NCBI GenBank assembly: GCA_963827685.1
Contig: CAWHBU010000007.1
Location: 1-64,000, forward strand
DNA length: 64,000 nt
Direction: 5' to 3'
DNA from: an uncultured delta proteobacterium
GTDB taxonomy: Bacteria > Desulfobacterota > BSN033 > UBA1163
Part shown: piece after piece, positions 46,503-56,359 of the stretch
Layout of the letters: the number at the start of each line of letters is the position of its first letter
How positions within the stretch are numbered: position 1 is the stretch's first letter
Program-made: the position numbers and the translations under genes
Notes under the pieces: generated by a model
Databases searched by the model: none
What the model was told of the DNA's origin: nothing
What the model saw: only the letters and a program-made list of their open reading frames with translations

Positions 46503-47576
46503 TCATAGTTCATCGTTCGTCGTTACTTTCTTGGATTCAATTTGGTAACCTTTCGGATGAAAACCGCAAGTCTTCCGGATAATCAGCTCGGGCTCTAAAA
46601 TAATCTCCTTGGAAGGCCCTGTCTCCCTCCCTTCAATCCTTTCAACTAACGTTTTCACCGCCACCGCGCCCATCTCATACTTTTTTTGGCCGATCGTTGT
46701 CAATTCAATCCCTTTCATGGAGGTGAATTCAATATCGTTAAATCCTATCAATGCGATTTCCTCTGGAACTTTCATGCCCTCTTCAACGACCGCCTGGTAA
46801 GTTCCTAAAGCCATGTAGTCGTTCGTCGCAAAAATGGCTGTGGGAGGCTCGTTCATCTTAAGAAATTTCTTCCCTCCCTGATAACCGGATCCTTTTAAAA
46901 AATCTCCTTCCAGGAAATAATCCCCTATCTCTTCCAAACCGTAAGCAGCCAGCGCTTTCTTTCCACCCTGGAGACGTTCAAAACCAACGGAAGATTCGGA
47001 AGATCCACCGATCATTCCAATCCGTTTATGGCCGAGTTTGATCAGGTGCTCAACAGCTAAAAAACCGCCGAGGATATTATCCACACCGACGTAATCAACT
47101 TTCTCTCTCACCATAGGATGATAGGTTCTGCGATTGACCAAGATAATGGGAAATCCCTCGTCAGCCAACCCGATGATATTGGGGTCACCCATATGTGCAG
47201 AAGTAAAAATGATACCATCCACCCCTTTGCTTCGCAGCATATCAATATACTGGTTTTCGACGGAAAGGTCGTAATTGGTGCTGCAGAGAATGATATTATA
47301 CCCCAGACGGATAGCCGTCGTTTCGATCCCCTGGGAGAGTTCCGTATAGAAAGGATTGGCAATGGTCGTGATGACGAGACCTAATGTCTTGGTTCGCCTC
47401 ATCACCAGACTTCTGGCAATGAAATTTGGCCGATAGTTTAATGCTTTTGCAATATCAAGAATTCTTTCCTTGGTCGCATTCTTGATCCGAGATTTATTAT
47501 TGAGCGCCCTTGAGACCGTGGTGTGGGAGACCTTGGCCATTCGGGCAATATCTTTAATAGTGGTCTTCTTATCCAT
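46503..47576 (-). CDS. LacI-family transcriptional regulator
   Basis: TTIKDIARMAKVSHTTVSRALN. Confidence 0.95.
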   Translation of the reverse strand: MDKKTTIKDIARMAKVSHTTVSRALNNKSRIKNATKERILDIAKALNYRPNFIARSLVMRRTKTLGLVITTIANPFYTELSQGIETTAIRLGYNIILCSTNYDLSVENQYIDMLRSKGVDGIIFTSAHMGDPNIIGLADEGFPIILVNRRTYHPMVREKVDYVGVDNILGGFLAVEHLIKLGHKRIGMIGGSSESSVGFERLQGGKKALAAYGLEEIGDYFLEGDFLKGSGYQGGKKFLKMNEPPTAIFATNDYMALGTYQAVVEEGMKVPEEIALIGFNDIEFTSMKGIELTTIGQKKYEMGAVAVKTLVERIEGRETGPSKEIILEPELIIRKTCGFHPKGYQIESKKVTTNDEL

Positions 47577-47581
47577 GTTCT

Positions 47582-47708
47582 TGCGTTAACGGTAACACAA
47601 AAATCTAAACTTTTCAATAAAATTAGAAATTATTCATCAAATCAGAGAGTTATATTGTTCTCCAAGAATGGTGCGTCAACGCTAACATTTATAGATTTCT
47701 TTTGTCAA
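47582..47708 (-). promoter_or_regulatory. Putative sigma70 promoter with two LacI-type operators
   Basis: TTGACA (47703-47708); TGCGTTAACGGTAACA (47582-47597) and TGCGTCAACGCTAACA (47672-47687). Confidence 0.6.
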
Positions 47709-47927
47709 GAAAAATATTTGGCCTCTTCTTGTTTCTTGGAAACTTTTGCTTAAAAAACCTGCGGGGCGGTGATTAAAAGACCAACGATGAAGATTTAGCG
47801 TTACGGTATTTACCGGAATGGATTCCGCCCTAAAGCTTCGTCACCTGACCGCCTGTTCCGTCTTGCAACCAAAGTGGTCTCTCGTTAATTGTGACACGGT
47901 CTCTTAGGGGGGAAAATGAGGTGGGGC

Positions 47928-49508
47928 TTAGTGGACTTTTTTCTTGTGGCCCTCCCAATACTTATCTCTTAAACCCCTCTTGTGAATCTTTCCAGAGCCG
48001 GTTCTTGGAAGAGCTCCGATGAAATCAATTGATTTAGGCGCTTTATAATGAGCCAGCCTCTCCTTACAAAACTGAATGATCTCTTGTTCGGTCGCCTTCT
48101 GCCCGGATCTTAGCACCACGAACCCTTTTACGGCCTCACCCCATTTTTGATCGGGGATTCCAATAACCGCACATTCCAAAATGGCCGGGTGCGTATAAAG
48201 CACATTTTCAACTTCTGTCGAATAGACATTTTCCCCTCCGGTCAGGATCATGTCCTTCTTCCGATCAACGATCGTGACATAGCCCTCTTCGTCCATCACT
48301 GCCATATCACCGGTATAAAGCCACCCGTCTTTAATCGATTTCTTCGTTTCTTCAGGTAATTTCCAGTACCCTTTCGTGACGATATCTCCTTTGACGATGA
48401 TCTCTCCGACCTCTTTTTCATCCTTCTTAATTTCCTTTCCCTGTTCATCGACCACCTTCATCTCTACGCCAATGAATTCTCTTCCCGTCTTGGACTTGAA
48501 TCGAAGCTGATCTTCATCGGATAATTTTCTTAGGTGTTCTTTCAAAATAGAGAGCGTCAAATAGGGACTGGTCTCGGTCATGCCATAGGTTTGGATATAG
48601 TCACAGTTGAAGGTCTCCACGATCTTTCGAACCACTTCTGGGGCAATGGGTGCCCCTCCGCTCAAGAGAACCCTCAAACTGCTGTAGTCAAACCTTCCGA
48701 CTTCAGGATGATTGACCATCAAGTTGAGCATCGTGGGGATGAGATTGGTGAGCGTGACTTTCTCCTTCTCGATGGTTTCCAGAACCACCTTCGCATCGAA
48801 CTCCCTGACCAAAACATGGGTCCCTCCCACCCATGTCACCGCCCAGGTGGCCCAGGCATCGGCAAGATGAAAAAGGGGGGCCACATGAACCCATACATCA
48901 CAATCTGTAAGATGAATTTCCGCAATGGTGCCAAGCGCATGAGTGGCCACATTCTTATGAGAAAGCATCACCCCTTTGGGCCGCCCCGTCGTGCCGCTCG
49001 TATAGTAGATCTGCGCAATATCATCATCCTTAATGGGAGGATCGGGCAGAGGACTGAAATCGGCTTGCTCCAATACCCTCTCGTAACTCAAATCGGCGGA
49101 ATCATCTGATTCCCGGAGCCCTCCCGTCCATAAAATCCTTTCAATCCCTCGAATCTCTTCCCGGATCCCATCTATTTGATTCTTAAACATCGAATCAGCA
49201 ATCAATATCTTCGATTCTGAATCCTGGAGGATAAAGGCGATCTCTCTGGGTGAAAGCCGATAGTTGATCGGCACAGAGATTGCTCCGATCTGTGGAATGG
49301 CGTAGTAGGATTCCAAAAATACGTGACAATTGGGGTGGAGAATGGCGACCTTATCGTCCTTCCCAACCCCAAAACCCCTTAGACCATGAGAGAGACGATT
49401 GATTCGGTGGCAGAATTCCTGATAGGTCCAGCGCCTTTCCCCGCATACGATGGCTTGTTTCCGGGGAAAGAGTTTAAGCGCCTTGGCGAGCGTTTCGGTC
49501 AGAACCAT
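47928..49508 (-). CDS. Long-chain fatty-acid-CoA ligase family protein
   Basis: YTSGTTGRPKG, YGMTE, TGD, DRKKD, PRTGSGK. Confidence 0.93.
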   Translation of the reverse strand: MVLTETLAKALKLFPRKQAIVCGERRWTYQEFCHRINRLSHGLRGFGVGKDDKVAILHPNCHVFLESYYAIPQIGAISVPINYRLSPREIAFILQDSESKILIADSMFKNQIDGIREEIRGIERILWTGGLRESDDSADLSYERVLEQADFSPLPDPPIKDDDIAQIYYTSGTTGRPKGVMLSHKNVATHALGTIAEIHLTDCDVWVHVAPLFHLADAWATWAVTWVGGTHVLVREFDAKVVLETIEKEKVTLTNLIPTMLNLMVNHPEVGRFDYSSLRVLLSGGAPIAPEVVRKIVETFNCDYIQTYGMTETSPYLTLSILKEHLRKLSDEDQLRFKSKTGREFIGVEMKVVDEQGKEIKKDEKEVGEIIVKGDIVTKGYWKLPEETKKSIKDGWLYTGDMAVMDEEGYVTIVDRKKDMILTGGENVYSTEVENVLYTHPAILECAVIGIPDQKWGEAVKGFVVLRSGQKATEQEIIQFCKERLAHYKAPKSIDFIGALPRTGSGKIHKRGLRDKYWEGHKKKVH

Positions 49509-49534
49509 TTTTTTCTTGGATTCTTTCTATCCAA

Positions 49535-51349
49535 CTACTCTTCCTCACTCTTGGTCAAATCCTCAAATCGGATATCTAAACCCAGAATGCCCCTGATCTC
49601 CCCCACTTCATTCCTGATCGGCCCGGATACGGTGATGCAGAGAGCTCCCGTAATTTTTGAAGAATAAAGGTCTGTGACATGAATTTTGCCGTCTCTCAAC
49701 GGTTCAATAAACCAAGAGCGGTTCGAGTAATTTTCTCCCATTCCCGCATGCTCATACTTGGCCTGATCCACGGCCTGGCAGATATTACGCGTAATCTTCG
49801 TCCCATTCATGTCGACCACATAGGCAAACTGGATATAGGGATACTCATCCACCAGAGATTTCAGGACGGGCTCCATCTCCTTGGCCGTCATGGCTTTCAT
49901 CCCGGGCTCCTCAATCACTCGTTCAATAATATGGGCAGCCAACTCATGGGCCCTTGCCTTGAGGATATCGAACTCAGAAACAAAGACCTCAGGAAGATAT
50001 TTACGGGTCGCCTTCTCCATCTCCTGATCTGAAATGGAAGTGGTTCTTCCTTCCTCATATTGTTTGGTGACCCACCGATTGATTTTGGCCACTCCCGGAT
50101 GTGTTTTTTCGACCCGATCCTTTCCGGTCAGGGCAAAATGGGAGTTGATCCACTGAGCGATCCCCGCCAACCCAGACTTATCGTTGACCGAGATGGAGAT
50201 GGGTCGATTGAGAATCTTAGCCGTATTAAAAATATTGTAGATCTCCTCGTTCTTCAGAATCCCATCCGCATGAATGCCAGCACTCGTTGAATTAAAATTG
50301 GCTCCCACAAGGGGCATATTGGAAGGAATATGGACACCCAGTGCCCGCTCTAAGTAGTTCCGGATCTCTGTGATCATGGTGGTATCGATACCGTTGTTAT
50401 GTCCCATCAAGCTGATATATTCGATGATCAGTCCTTCGATGGGCGGATTCCCGGTTCGCTCTCCAAAACCGAGAACCGTGCCATTCGCCGCAGAACATCC
50501 ATAAAGCCATGCGGTGGTGGCGTTGATGAATCCCTTATGAAAATCATTGTGGCCATGCCACTCCAGAAACTCAGAGGGAACGCCCGCATCGTCAATCATC
50601 GCTCGGATGATCTTGGGCACGCAACGGGGAAGCGCAGCACTTGGATAAGGCACGCCGTAACCCAAGGTATCGCAGAGTCGAACTTTGACCGGAAGCTTGG
50701 ACTCTTCGGAAAGACGCATGAGATCCTGAGCAAAAGGAACGCAGAATCCGTAGATATCCGCCCGTGTCACATCCTCAAAATGGCATCGAGGGACGATTCC
50801 GAGATCCAGTGCAGCGGAAACGATGGAGAGGTACTCCCGCATCACCACCCTCCTGTTCTTTTTCAGTTTTAGGAAGATATGGTAATCCGATACAGAAGTG
50901 AGAATACCCGTCTCTTTCAGTCCCATCTCTTTCACCAGCTTAAAATCTTCCTTCACCGCACGGATCCATCCTGTAATCTCAGGATAGCGGTAATTCCTCT
51001 CCTGGCATTTTCTGACAGCCTCTTTGTCCTTTTCAGAGTATAAAAAGAATTCACATTGCCGGATCACTCCGTTGGTGCCTCCTAATTTATGGAGCATCTC
51101 ATAGAGGTCTACAATCTGCTCCACCGTATAAGGAGGCCTGGCCTGTTGCCCGTCCCGGAACGTGGTATCGGTAATAAAGATCTCTTCAGGGGGATCGGTA
51201 AAGACGAATTTGTTGTCGAATTCTACCCGGCAAACCTCTTCGTATGGAAAGACATTACGATAGAGGTTCGGTTCCTGGATATCCAGGAGGGGGAATTGCT
51301 CTACGGCGTGCTTGCTTTGAAACGTTCTCTTCTTTCCGCTGATGGTCAT
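49535..51349 (-). CDS. Re-citrate synthase-like DRE-TIM enzyme with C-terminal Cache/PDC-like domain
   Basis: DTTFRDGQQ, HGHNDF, GERTGN, AGIHADG; tail YSNRSWF..VTDLYSSKITGALCITVS.PI. Confidence 0.8.
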   Translation of the reverse strand: MTISGKKRTFQSKHAVEQFPLLDIQEPNLYRNVFPYEEVCRVEFDNKFVFTDPPEEIFITDTTFRDGQQARPPYTVEQIVDLYEMLHKLGGTNGVIRQCEFFLYSEKDKEAVRKCQERNYRYPEITGWIRAVKEDFKLVKEMGLKETGILTSVSDYHIFLKLKKNRRVVMREYLSIVSAALDLGIVPRCHFEDVTRADIYGFCVPFAQDLMRLSEESKLPVKVRLCDTLGYGVPYPSAALPRCVPKIIRAMIDDAGVPSEFLEWHGHNDFHKGFINATTAWLYGCSAANGTVLGFGERTGNPPIEGLIIEYISLMGHNNGIDTTMITEIRNYLERALGVHIPSNMPLVGANFNSTSAGIHADGILKNEEIYNIFNTAKILNRPISISVNDKSGLAGIAQWINSHFALTGKDRVEKTHPGVAKINRWVTKQYEEGRTTSISDQEMEKATRKYLPEVFVSEFDILKARAHELAAHIIERVIEEPGMKAMTAKEMEPVLKSLVDEYPYIQFAYVVDMNGTKITRNICQAVDQAKYEHAGMGENYSNRSWFIEPLRDGKIHVTDLYSSKITGALCITVSGPIRNEVGEIRGILGLDIRFEDLTKSEEE

Positions 51350-51497
51350 ATCTTCTCCTTCGCTCTCCTGCAAATCATAGTGAATGTGTGAAGCGTGAGT
51401 TGCAAGGGGTTACCCTCTAACCCCTAACACCTTACCCCTTACGAATGAGGATTGCATTATCCGACTCAACCTCAGCCTCAGCCTTAACCTTCTGTTT

Positions 51498-53285
51498 TTA
51501 GACTTTGATCTCTTTGATCTTAATCCAAAGCTCATCCAACTGCTTGGAATCCACTCTCGAAGGCGCGTCGCTCATTAAACAAGTGCCCTTCTGGGTCTTC
51601 GGAAAGGCGATGACATCTCGTATGGACTCTGCATGACTGAGGATCATGACGAGACGGTCAAGCCCGAAGGCAATACCGCCATGAGGTGGGGTTCCATATT
51701 CAAGAGCCTCCAAAAGAAATCCGAACCTCTCTCTGGCCTCCACCTCTCCCATTCCCAACTTTTCAAAGAGGAGAGATTGCACCTCCCTCAGATGATTTCG
51801 AATGCTTCCTCCACCGATTTCCGACCCGTTCAATACCAGATCATAAGCCTTGGCCTTGACGAATTCTGGATGATCCTTCAACTTGGGGATGTCTTCGTCC
51901 TTGGGGGCAGTAAACGGGTGATGCACAGCCACAAAACGTCCTTCGGCTTCATCATACTCCAAAAGCGGAAAATCGAGGATCCAGACAAACCGATATTCAT
52001 CTTTGGGAATAAGTCCCAATCTCTCACCGAGATGAAGTCGAAGGTTGGCTAATGATTGATTGACCACCTTGGGTGGCCCTGCCACGAAGAGAAGAAGATC
52101 GTTTTCCATGGCATTCAAAGCATTATCCACTGCCTTCCTCTCTTCCTCCGTGACAAATTTCTGAATCGACGATTGCCATCCATTGGCGCCTGCTTTTGCC
52201 GAGATCAATCCTTTGGCACCGAAGTTCTGAACAAAGTGCGTGAGATCGTCGACTTCCTTTCGTGAAAAAGAACTTCCTCCTTTCACATTGATCGCCTTAA
52301 TGATGCCCTTTCCTTCCAAGGTATCCCTGAATACCTGGAAGGAAGACCCTCTCAAGGCTTCGGTCACATCCCTCAGTTCCATTCCAAATCGGGTATCAGG
52401 CTTGTCCGCTCCATATCGATTCATCGCTTCATCATAGGTCAAGACTGGAAAGGGTAGTTCCAAAGTCATGCCTAAGACCTCTTTAAAGACATGGGCCATC
52501 AATCCTTCCATCGTTCTCTGGATATCCTGAACCGTGACGAACGACATCTCCACATCGATTTGTGTGAATTCAGGCTGACGGTCGGAACGGAGGTCTTCGT
52601 CCCGAAAGCACCGTACAATCTGAAAGTATCGGTCGAATCCGGAGACCATCAGGATCTGTTTTAATAGCTGGGGAGACTGAGGCAGGGCATAGAAATGGCC
52701 CGGACTAAGTCGGCTGGGGACTAAAAAATCTCTTGCTCCCTCAGGGGTGCTTTTGAAAAGCATCGGTGTCTCGACCTCTAAAAATCCCATTCGATCGAAG
52801 TAATTTCGAACCTCTTTGGCCACCTGATGGCGTAAGATCAAATTCCGCTGGAGCCCTGGTCGCCTCAGGTCCAAATATCGATATTTCAGACGAGTCTCCT
52901 CGGCTACCTCCGCCTCGTCTTCTATAGGAAACGGGGGGGTTTTAGCAACGTTGAGAATCTTTAGCTCTTTCGCAAGAACCTCAATTTCTCCCGTTCTTAA
53001 TTTTGGATTGGCCGTCCCTTTCGGCCTCTCTGCCACGGTTCCTATAACCGCTATGACATATTCGCTTCTCAGGGATTGGGCTTTCTCGTGTGTCCCTGAA
53101 CTCACCTCCGGATTGAAGACCACCTGGACAATTCCTTGTCGATCCCTCAATTCAATAAAGATGAGACCTCCAAGATCTCTTCTCCGTTGAACCCATCCCA
53201 AAAGGGTGACCTCGCGATTAACATCCTTTCTCTTGAGATCCCCACAATAATCCGATCTTTTCAGGTCTCCTAAAAGGTCAATCAT
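51498..53285 (-). CDS. aspS: Aspartate-tRNA ligase
   Basis: [42 protein letters not shown]; start approximate. Confidence 0.97.
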   Translation of the reverse strand: MIDLLGDLKRSDYCGDLKRKDVNREVTLLGWVQRRRDLGGLIFIELRDRQGIVQVVFNPEVSSGTHEKAQSLRSEYVIAVIGTVAERPKGTANPKLRTGEIEVLAKELKILNVAKTPPFPIEDEAEVAEETRLKYRYLDLRRPGLQRNLILRHQVAKEVRNYFDRMGFLEVETPMLFKSTPEGARDFLVPSRLSPGHFYALPQSPQLLKQILMVSGFDRYFQIVRCFRDEDLRSDRQPEFTQIDVEMSFVTVQDIQRTMEGLMAHVFKEVLGMTLELPFPVLTYDEAMNRYGADKPDTRFGMELRDVTEALRGSSFQVFRDTLEGKGIIKAINVKGGSSFSRKEVDDLTHFVQNFGAKGLISAKAGANGWQSSIQKFVTEEERKAVDNALNAMENDLLLFVAGPPKVVNQSLANLRLHLGERLGLIPKDEYRFVWILDFPLLEYDEAEGRFVAVHHPFTAPKDEDIPKLKDHPEFVKAKAYDLVLNGSEIGGGSIRNHLREVQSLLFEKLGMGEVEARERFGFLLEALEYGTPPHGGIAFGLDRLVMILSHAESIRDVIAFPKTQKGTCLMSDAPSRVDSKQLDELWIKIKEIKV

Positions 53286-53861
53286 GATTCGTGGCTCGTT
53301 CATCGGGATTCGCGAATGGTGTAGCTGATTGGTGTCAGTGATAGGTGGGTGGTAATCGGTCACCATTCACCCATCCTGTTCACAGACACGGAGACAATAT
53401 TAACTAAATATAATAGATTGGTCAAGGACTTACAGAACTCTGGTGGGCAACTTAAAAATGTACTCCACACCCTTCGGGCTCACAACATCCCCGACGGAGA
53501 CACTAATGGATATGATTTACAGTGCCAATGATGATTGTGAACGGCGTGAAGATTTGTCGGCCTCGAGATTATCTCGCCAAACCCCTACGTAAGAAAAAAT
53601 AAATATTCTACTTCCCTCCTGATAACAGGTATTACTATCTTGCTTCTAAGTTTGCCTGCCCGCCGTAGCCTCAGCATAGGCGGGAGCTTTCAGCCTTACG
53701 CTATGTGCTATGCCCTCTGCCCAAAGAAGAGGAAAATAACTGTTAATATTCAATTACGTTATATATTTGTTTGAGGTGATGGGTCCCTGTGTCTCTTGTT
53801 ACTTTTTAGAAGCAGCTTTTAACCAAATCACCATTCGTGCCTGATCATCTCCGATCCGTTG

Positions 53862-54134
53862 CTATTTCTTCTTATTGTATTTGGGCTGCGATCGGCTGAT
53901 GATCCGAGTTTCTTTTTCTTTTGCGTCCTCGATGCTCTTCATTTGTTCGATACGAACTTTCGCACCAGGAATTTCACCGAGGTGCTCCGTAATTCTTTCG
54001 CGGACTCGACCGCGCTGAGCGACTCCCGTGTAGTTGTTGTTATCATTTGAAGTGAGAATCTTGTAAACGGCTGGTTTGTCATTTGGAAGTTGTGAAATTC
54101 CTTCTTCCTTAAACTTCACAGTTTTCTGTCCCAT
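53862..54134 (-). CDS. Small GIY-YIG-like protein
   Basis: AVYKI..NYTG..R.R...EH..A..KE...I....PKYN; SD GGAGG. Confidence 0.65.
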   Translation of the reverse strand: MGQKTVKFKEEGISQLPNDKPAVYKILTSNDNNNYTGVAQRGRVRERITEHLGEIPGAKVRIEQMKSIEDAKEKETRIISRSQPKYNKKK

Positions 54135-54246
54135 TGTTTACCTCCGTTAGAAATAAGATATGACTCTAAAATTTCTCGAAATCTAGGAAAGGGCCAACTT
54201 TTAGGGATGGCCCCCTTCCTTTTAGAGATTTACCAGATAACAGCAT

Positions 54247-54486
54247 TTAGAAAGTTGCCTTGTGACAGTCCCAGCAGAGGATCTCGCAATTAGAGACTGT
54301 ATCTCCACCATTGGCATTGCGATGGTGCGCCTCCCAGGCACCTTTACCCGTTTCTCTGCCGCGATTTTCCCAAACTAGCTCTTTATTGCATCGAACATAA
54401 GGATGATTGTGTGTTGTTCTTCTACACTCGCATTTGCCTCCAGCGCTTCTCCATGCTTCTCTTACAGTTTCTTCTGAAAATGCCAT
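54247..54486 (-). CDS. Small HNH endonuclease-like protein
   Basis: CEC..WEAHH..GG....NCEILCWDCH; SD AGGAGG. Confidence 0.8.
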   Translation of the reverse strand: MAFSEETVREAWRSAGGKCECRRTTHNHPYVRCNKELVWENRGRETGKGAWEAHHRNANGGDTVSNCEILCWDCHKATF

Positions 54487-54562
54487 AAGCTATCCTCCTT
54501 TCTGTGTAGTTAATTTTGAATAATCTTGCCCCTTTATATTGTCTTGTCTAAACATCAGTATC

Positions 54563-54871
54563 TCAGGGGGCAGTATGTGAATTTTTCTTGTAAGCGTACA
54601 CGTAATCCGCCTTTTCATCTCCTCCGCCGGTTCCACCATCGGTATTAAGCGTATTCACGAAATATGATTCGACGTTCCGGGCAGCATTGGAACTCTCTGC
54701 TTGTCGGTAGATCCACCAATCGCCATTTTCATGAACACCATGGCCATTGAAAAGTCGATCGCGTGCATCTTTGCTGATACCGACATACCAGGCCCTATAG
54801 CCACCACCGTCTTTTTGAATATGTTCTTTGATATCCGACTTAATCTGTTGCTCGCTGTAAGCCATCTTCAA
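54563..54871 (-). CDS. Small hypothetical protein, distantly GIY-YIG-like
   Basis: WYVGI..D...RL...H..AR.VE..F..DGG.GGG..YVYAY; SD AGGAGG. Confidence 0.55.
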   Translation of the reverse strand: MKMAYSEQQIKSDIKEHIQKDGGGYRAWYVGISKDARDRLFNGHGVHENGDWWIYRQAESSNAARNVESYFVNTLNTDGGTGGGDEKADYVYAYKKNSHTAP

Positions 54872-55041
54872 TTCCTCCTATTTAGCTCTTGTTTTTCCTA
54901 CGCCGACCAACTCCACAACAAATGTCTTGATATTTCATGCCCAGTTTCTCCCCTTTTCTCTCAACCTATGGCCCCCTAATTTTTCTCATCTATTTTCTCC
55001 TTTCTGTACGGATTTATGGTGGCTTCTTGGCCCCAATTAAA

Positions 55042-55096
55042 TATTCGCAATATAGTAACTAAGATATAGTATAGCGAATAGGCTTCTATTTGTCAA
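55042..55096 (-). promoter_or_regulatory. sigma70 promoter overlapped by an inverted-repeat operator
   Basis: TTGACA-17 nt-TATACT; TATTCGCAAT..ATAGCGAATA. Confidence 0.7.
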
Positions 55097-55173
55097 GAAA
55101 AACTTTTTTCTTGCATCTCAGCACAATTTATACTATATTAAAAATGGGCCTGGAGGAAAGGAAGAGAAAAATT

Positions 55174-55581
55174 ATGGCAACAATTGGCGATCGGATCAGG
55201 GAAATCCGGGAGAAACGTAAGATGACCCAGGACGAACTTGCCCAAACAGCCGATATAAGTAAAGGGTTCTTGAGCGATGTTGAAAATGACAAGAGAAACG
55301 TCAGTTCACAGATATTGTTGAGAATCGCCAATAGCTTGGGGGCATCTATTAACTATCTGCTAACCGGTGAAACAAAAGAACCCGTGATGAGAGAGTCTAT
55401 TAACATCCCACCTGAATTATCACTTGCGGCCCAAGAACTTAACCTAAGCTATACTCAAACTCTTGAACTCCTTGATGCAGATAGGTCCATTGTAGCACGG
55501 AGAAGCAATAAATCACTGAGAAATTTTACAGTTGAAGACTGGAAGGAACTTCATAGAGCAATCAAAAAGGTTTATGGCTAA
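55174..55581 (+). CDS. XRE-family HTH regulator
   Basis: IGDRIREIREKRKMTQDELA..ISKGFLSDVEN..L.RIA..LG.SI.YLL.G. Confidence 0.9.
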   Translation: MATIGDRIREIREKRKMTQDELAQTADISKGFLSDVENDKRNVSSQILLRIANSLGASINYLLTGETKEPVMRESINIPPELSLAAQELNLSYTQTLELLDADRSIVARRSNKSLRNFTVEDWKELHRAIKKVYG

Positions 55582-55669
55582 ATGTCTCCAAAGTTGAAGA
55601 ATTCCCTTCGAATCTGGAAATTAGCTCGTGATCTGGGCATCAAATCGACGGATGACCCCGTTAGCAGCA

Positions 55670-56042
55670 TTGACTTAGGAACACTGGTAAGCCCTGTAAA
55701 CCGATCATACTCAATAAACAGATGGCCGTTGCTCGAAAACACGAAAGGCACGTTCAGCCGCTTGCAGGCAGCGTAGAGTTTAGCTTGCTCGAGCCCGTGG
55801 GTGGGAGGCAGATGTTCGGCTTTGGCTTCGATAAGCGCTACCGCAACGGGTTGAGTGTCGATATTGACTTTGATGCGCAAGGTGTAATCTACGCGGCCCT
55901 TTGCGCGTTTGCGAGGTTTCCCGTCAACGATCTCGATAGCCCCTGCTGTCTCCTCGCGGCGAATCAAATCTTCTGTCCAGCCGCAGGCATGGATAGCCGG
56001 ATCGATAAACTTCGCACGGGTATCTGCTTCTGAGTATCGCAA
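55670..56042 (-). pseudogene. hsdR: 5' fragment of a type I restriction subunit R
   Basis: SEADTRAKFIDP..GW..VDY..LIEAK..QAK.YA..F..SSNG; homology appears to end ~120 aa in. Confidence 0.8.
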
Positions 56043-56359
56043 TTTCGTCTAACTCTTTAATTCTAAGTGGGGTTAATCTCGACCTTTTGAGACTGTGAAC
56101 AAAAAAGCCCATTCTTTTTGAGAATAGGCTGAAGTTCAATCACACAATTTTTCAATATTTGAATCCCCCACCAATTTTGCCCCACTATATCAGAAACGCT
56201 ACACAAAGGCAATCATCTGAACCGTGAGCCGTGAGGCGTAAAGCGTGAGGCGCAAGCATTCCAATCGTGTCCGTGTCGCGTGTCCGGAAAACAACATGCT
56301 GATAGGTTTCACTATTTATTAGACCCAATTGGTAGGGAAGTCAATATTTGATTTCGGAT

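Noticed and set aside
53438-53470. IS-end-like sequence TGGTGGGCAACTTAAAAATGTAC at the left edge of the nuclease islet
   Set aside because: No partner inverted repeat or transposase found; resemblance only.
56158-56190. tRNA 3'-like att site (TTGAATCCCCCACCA)
   Set aside because: Too short, no T-arm stem, and no matching repeat or integrase in the window.
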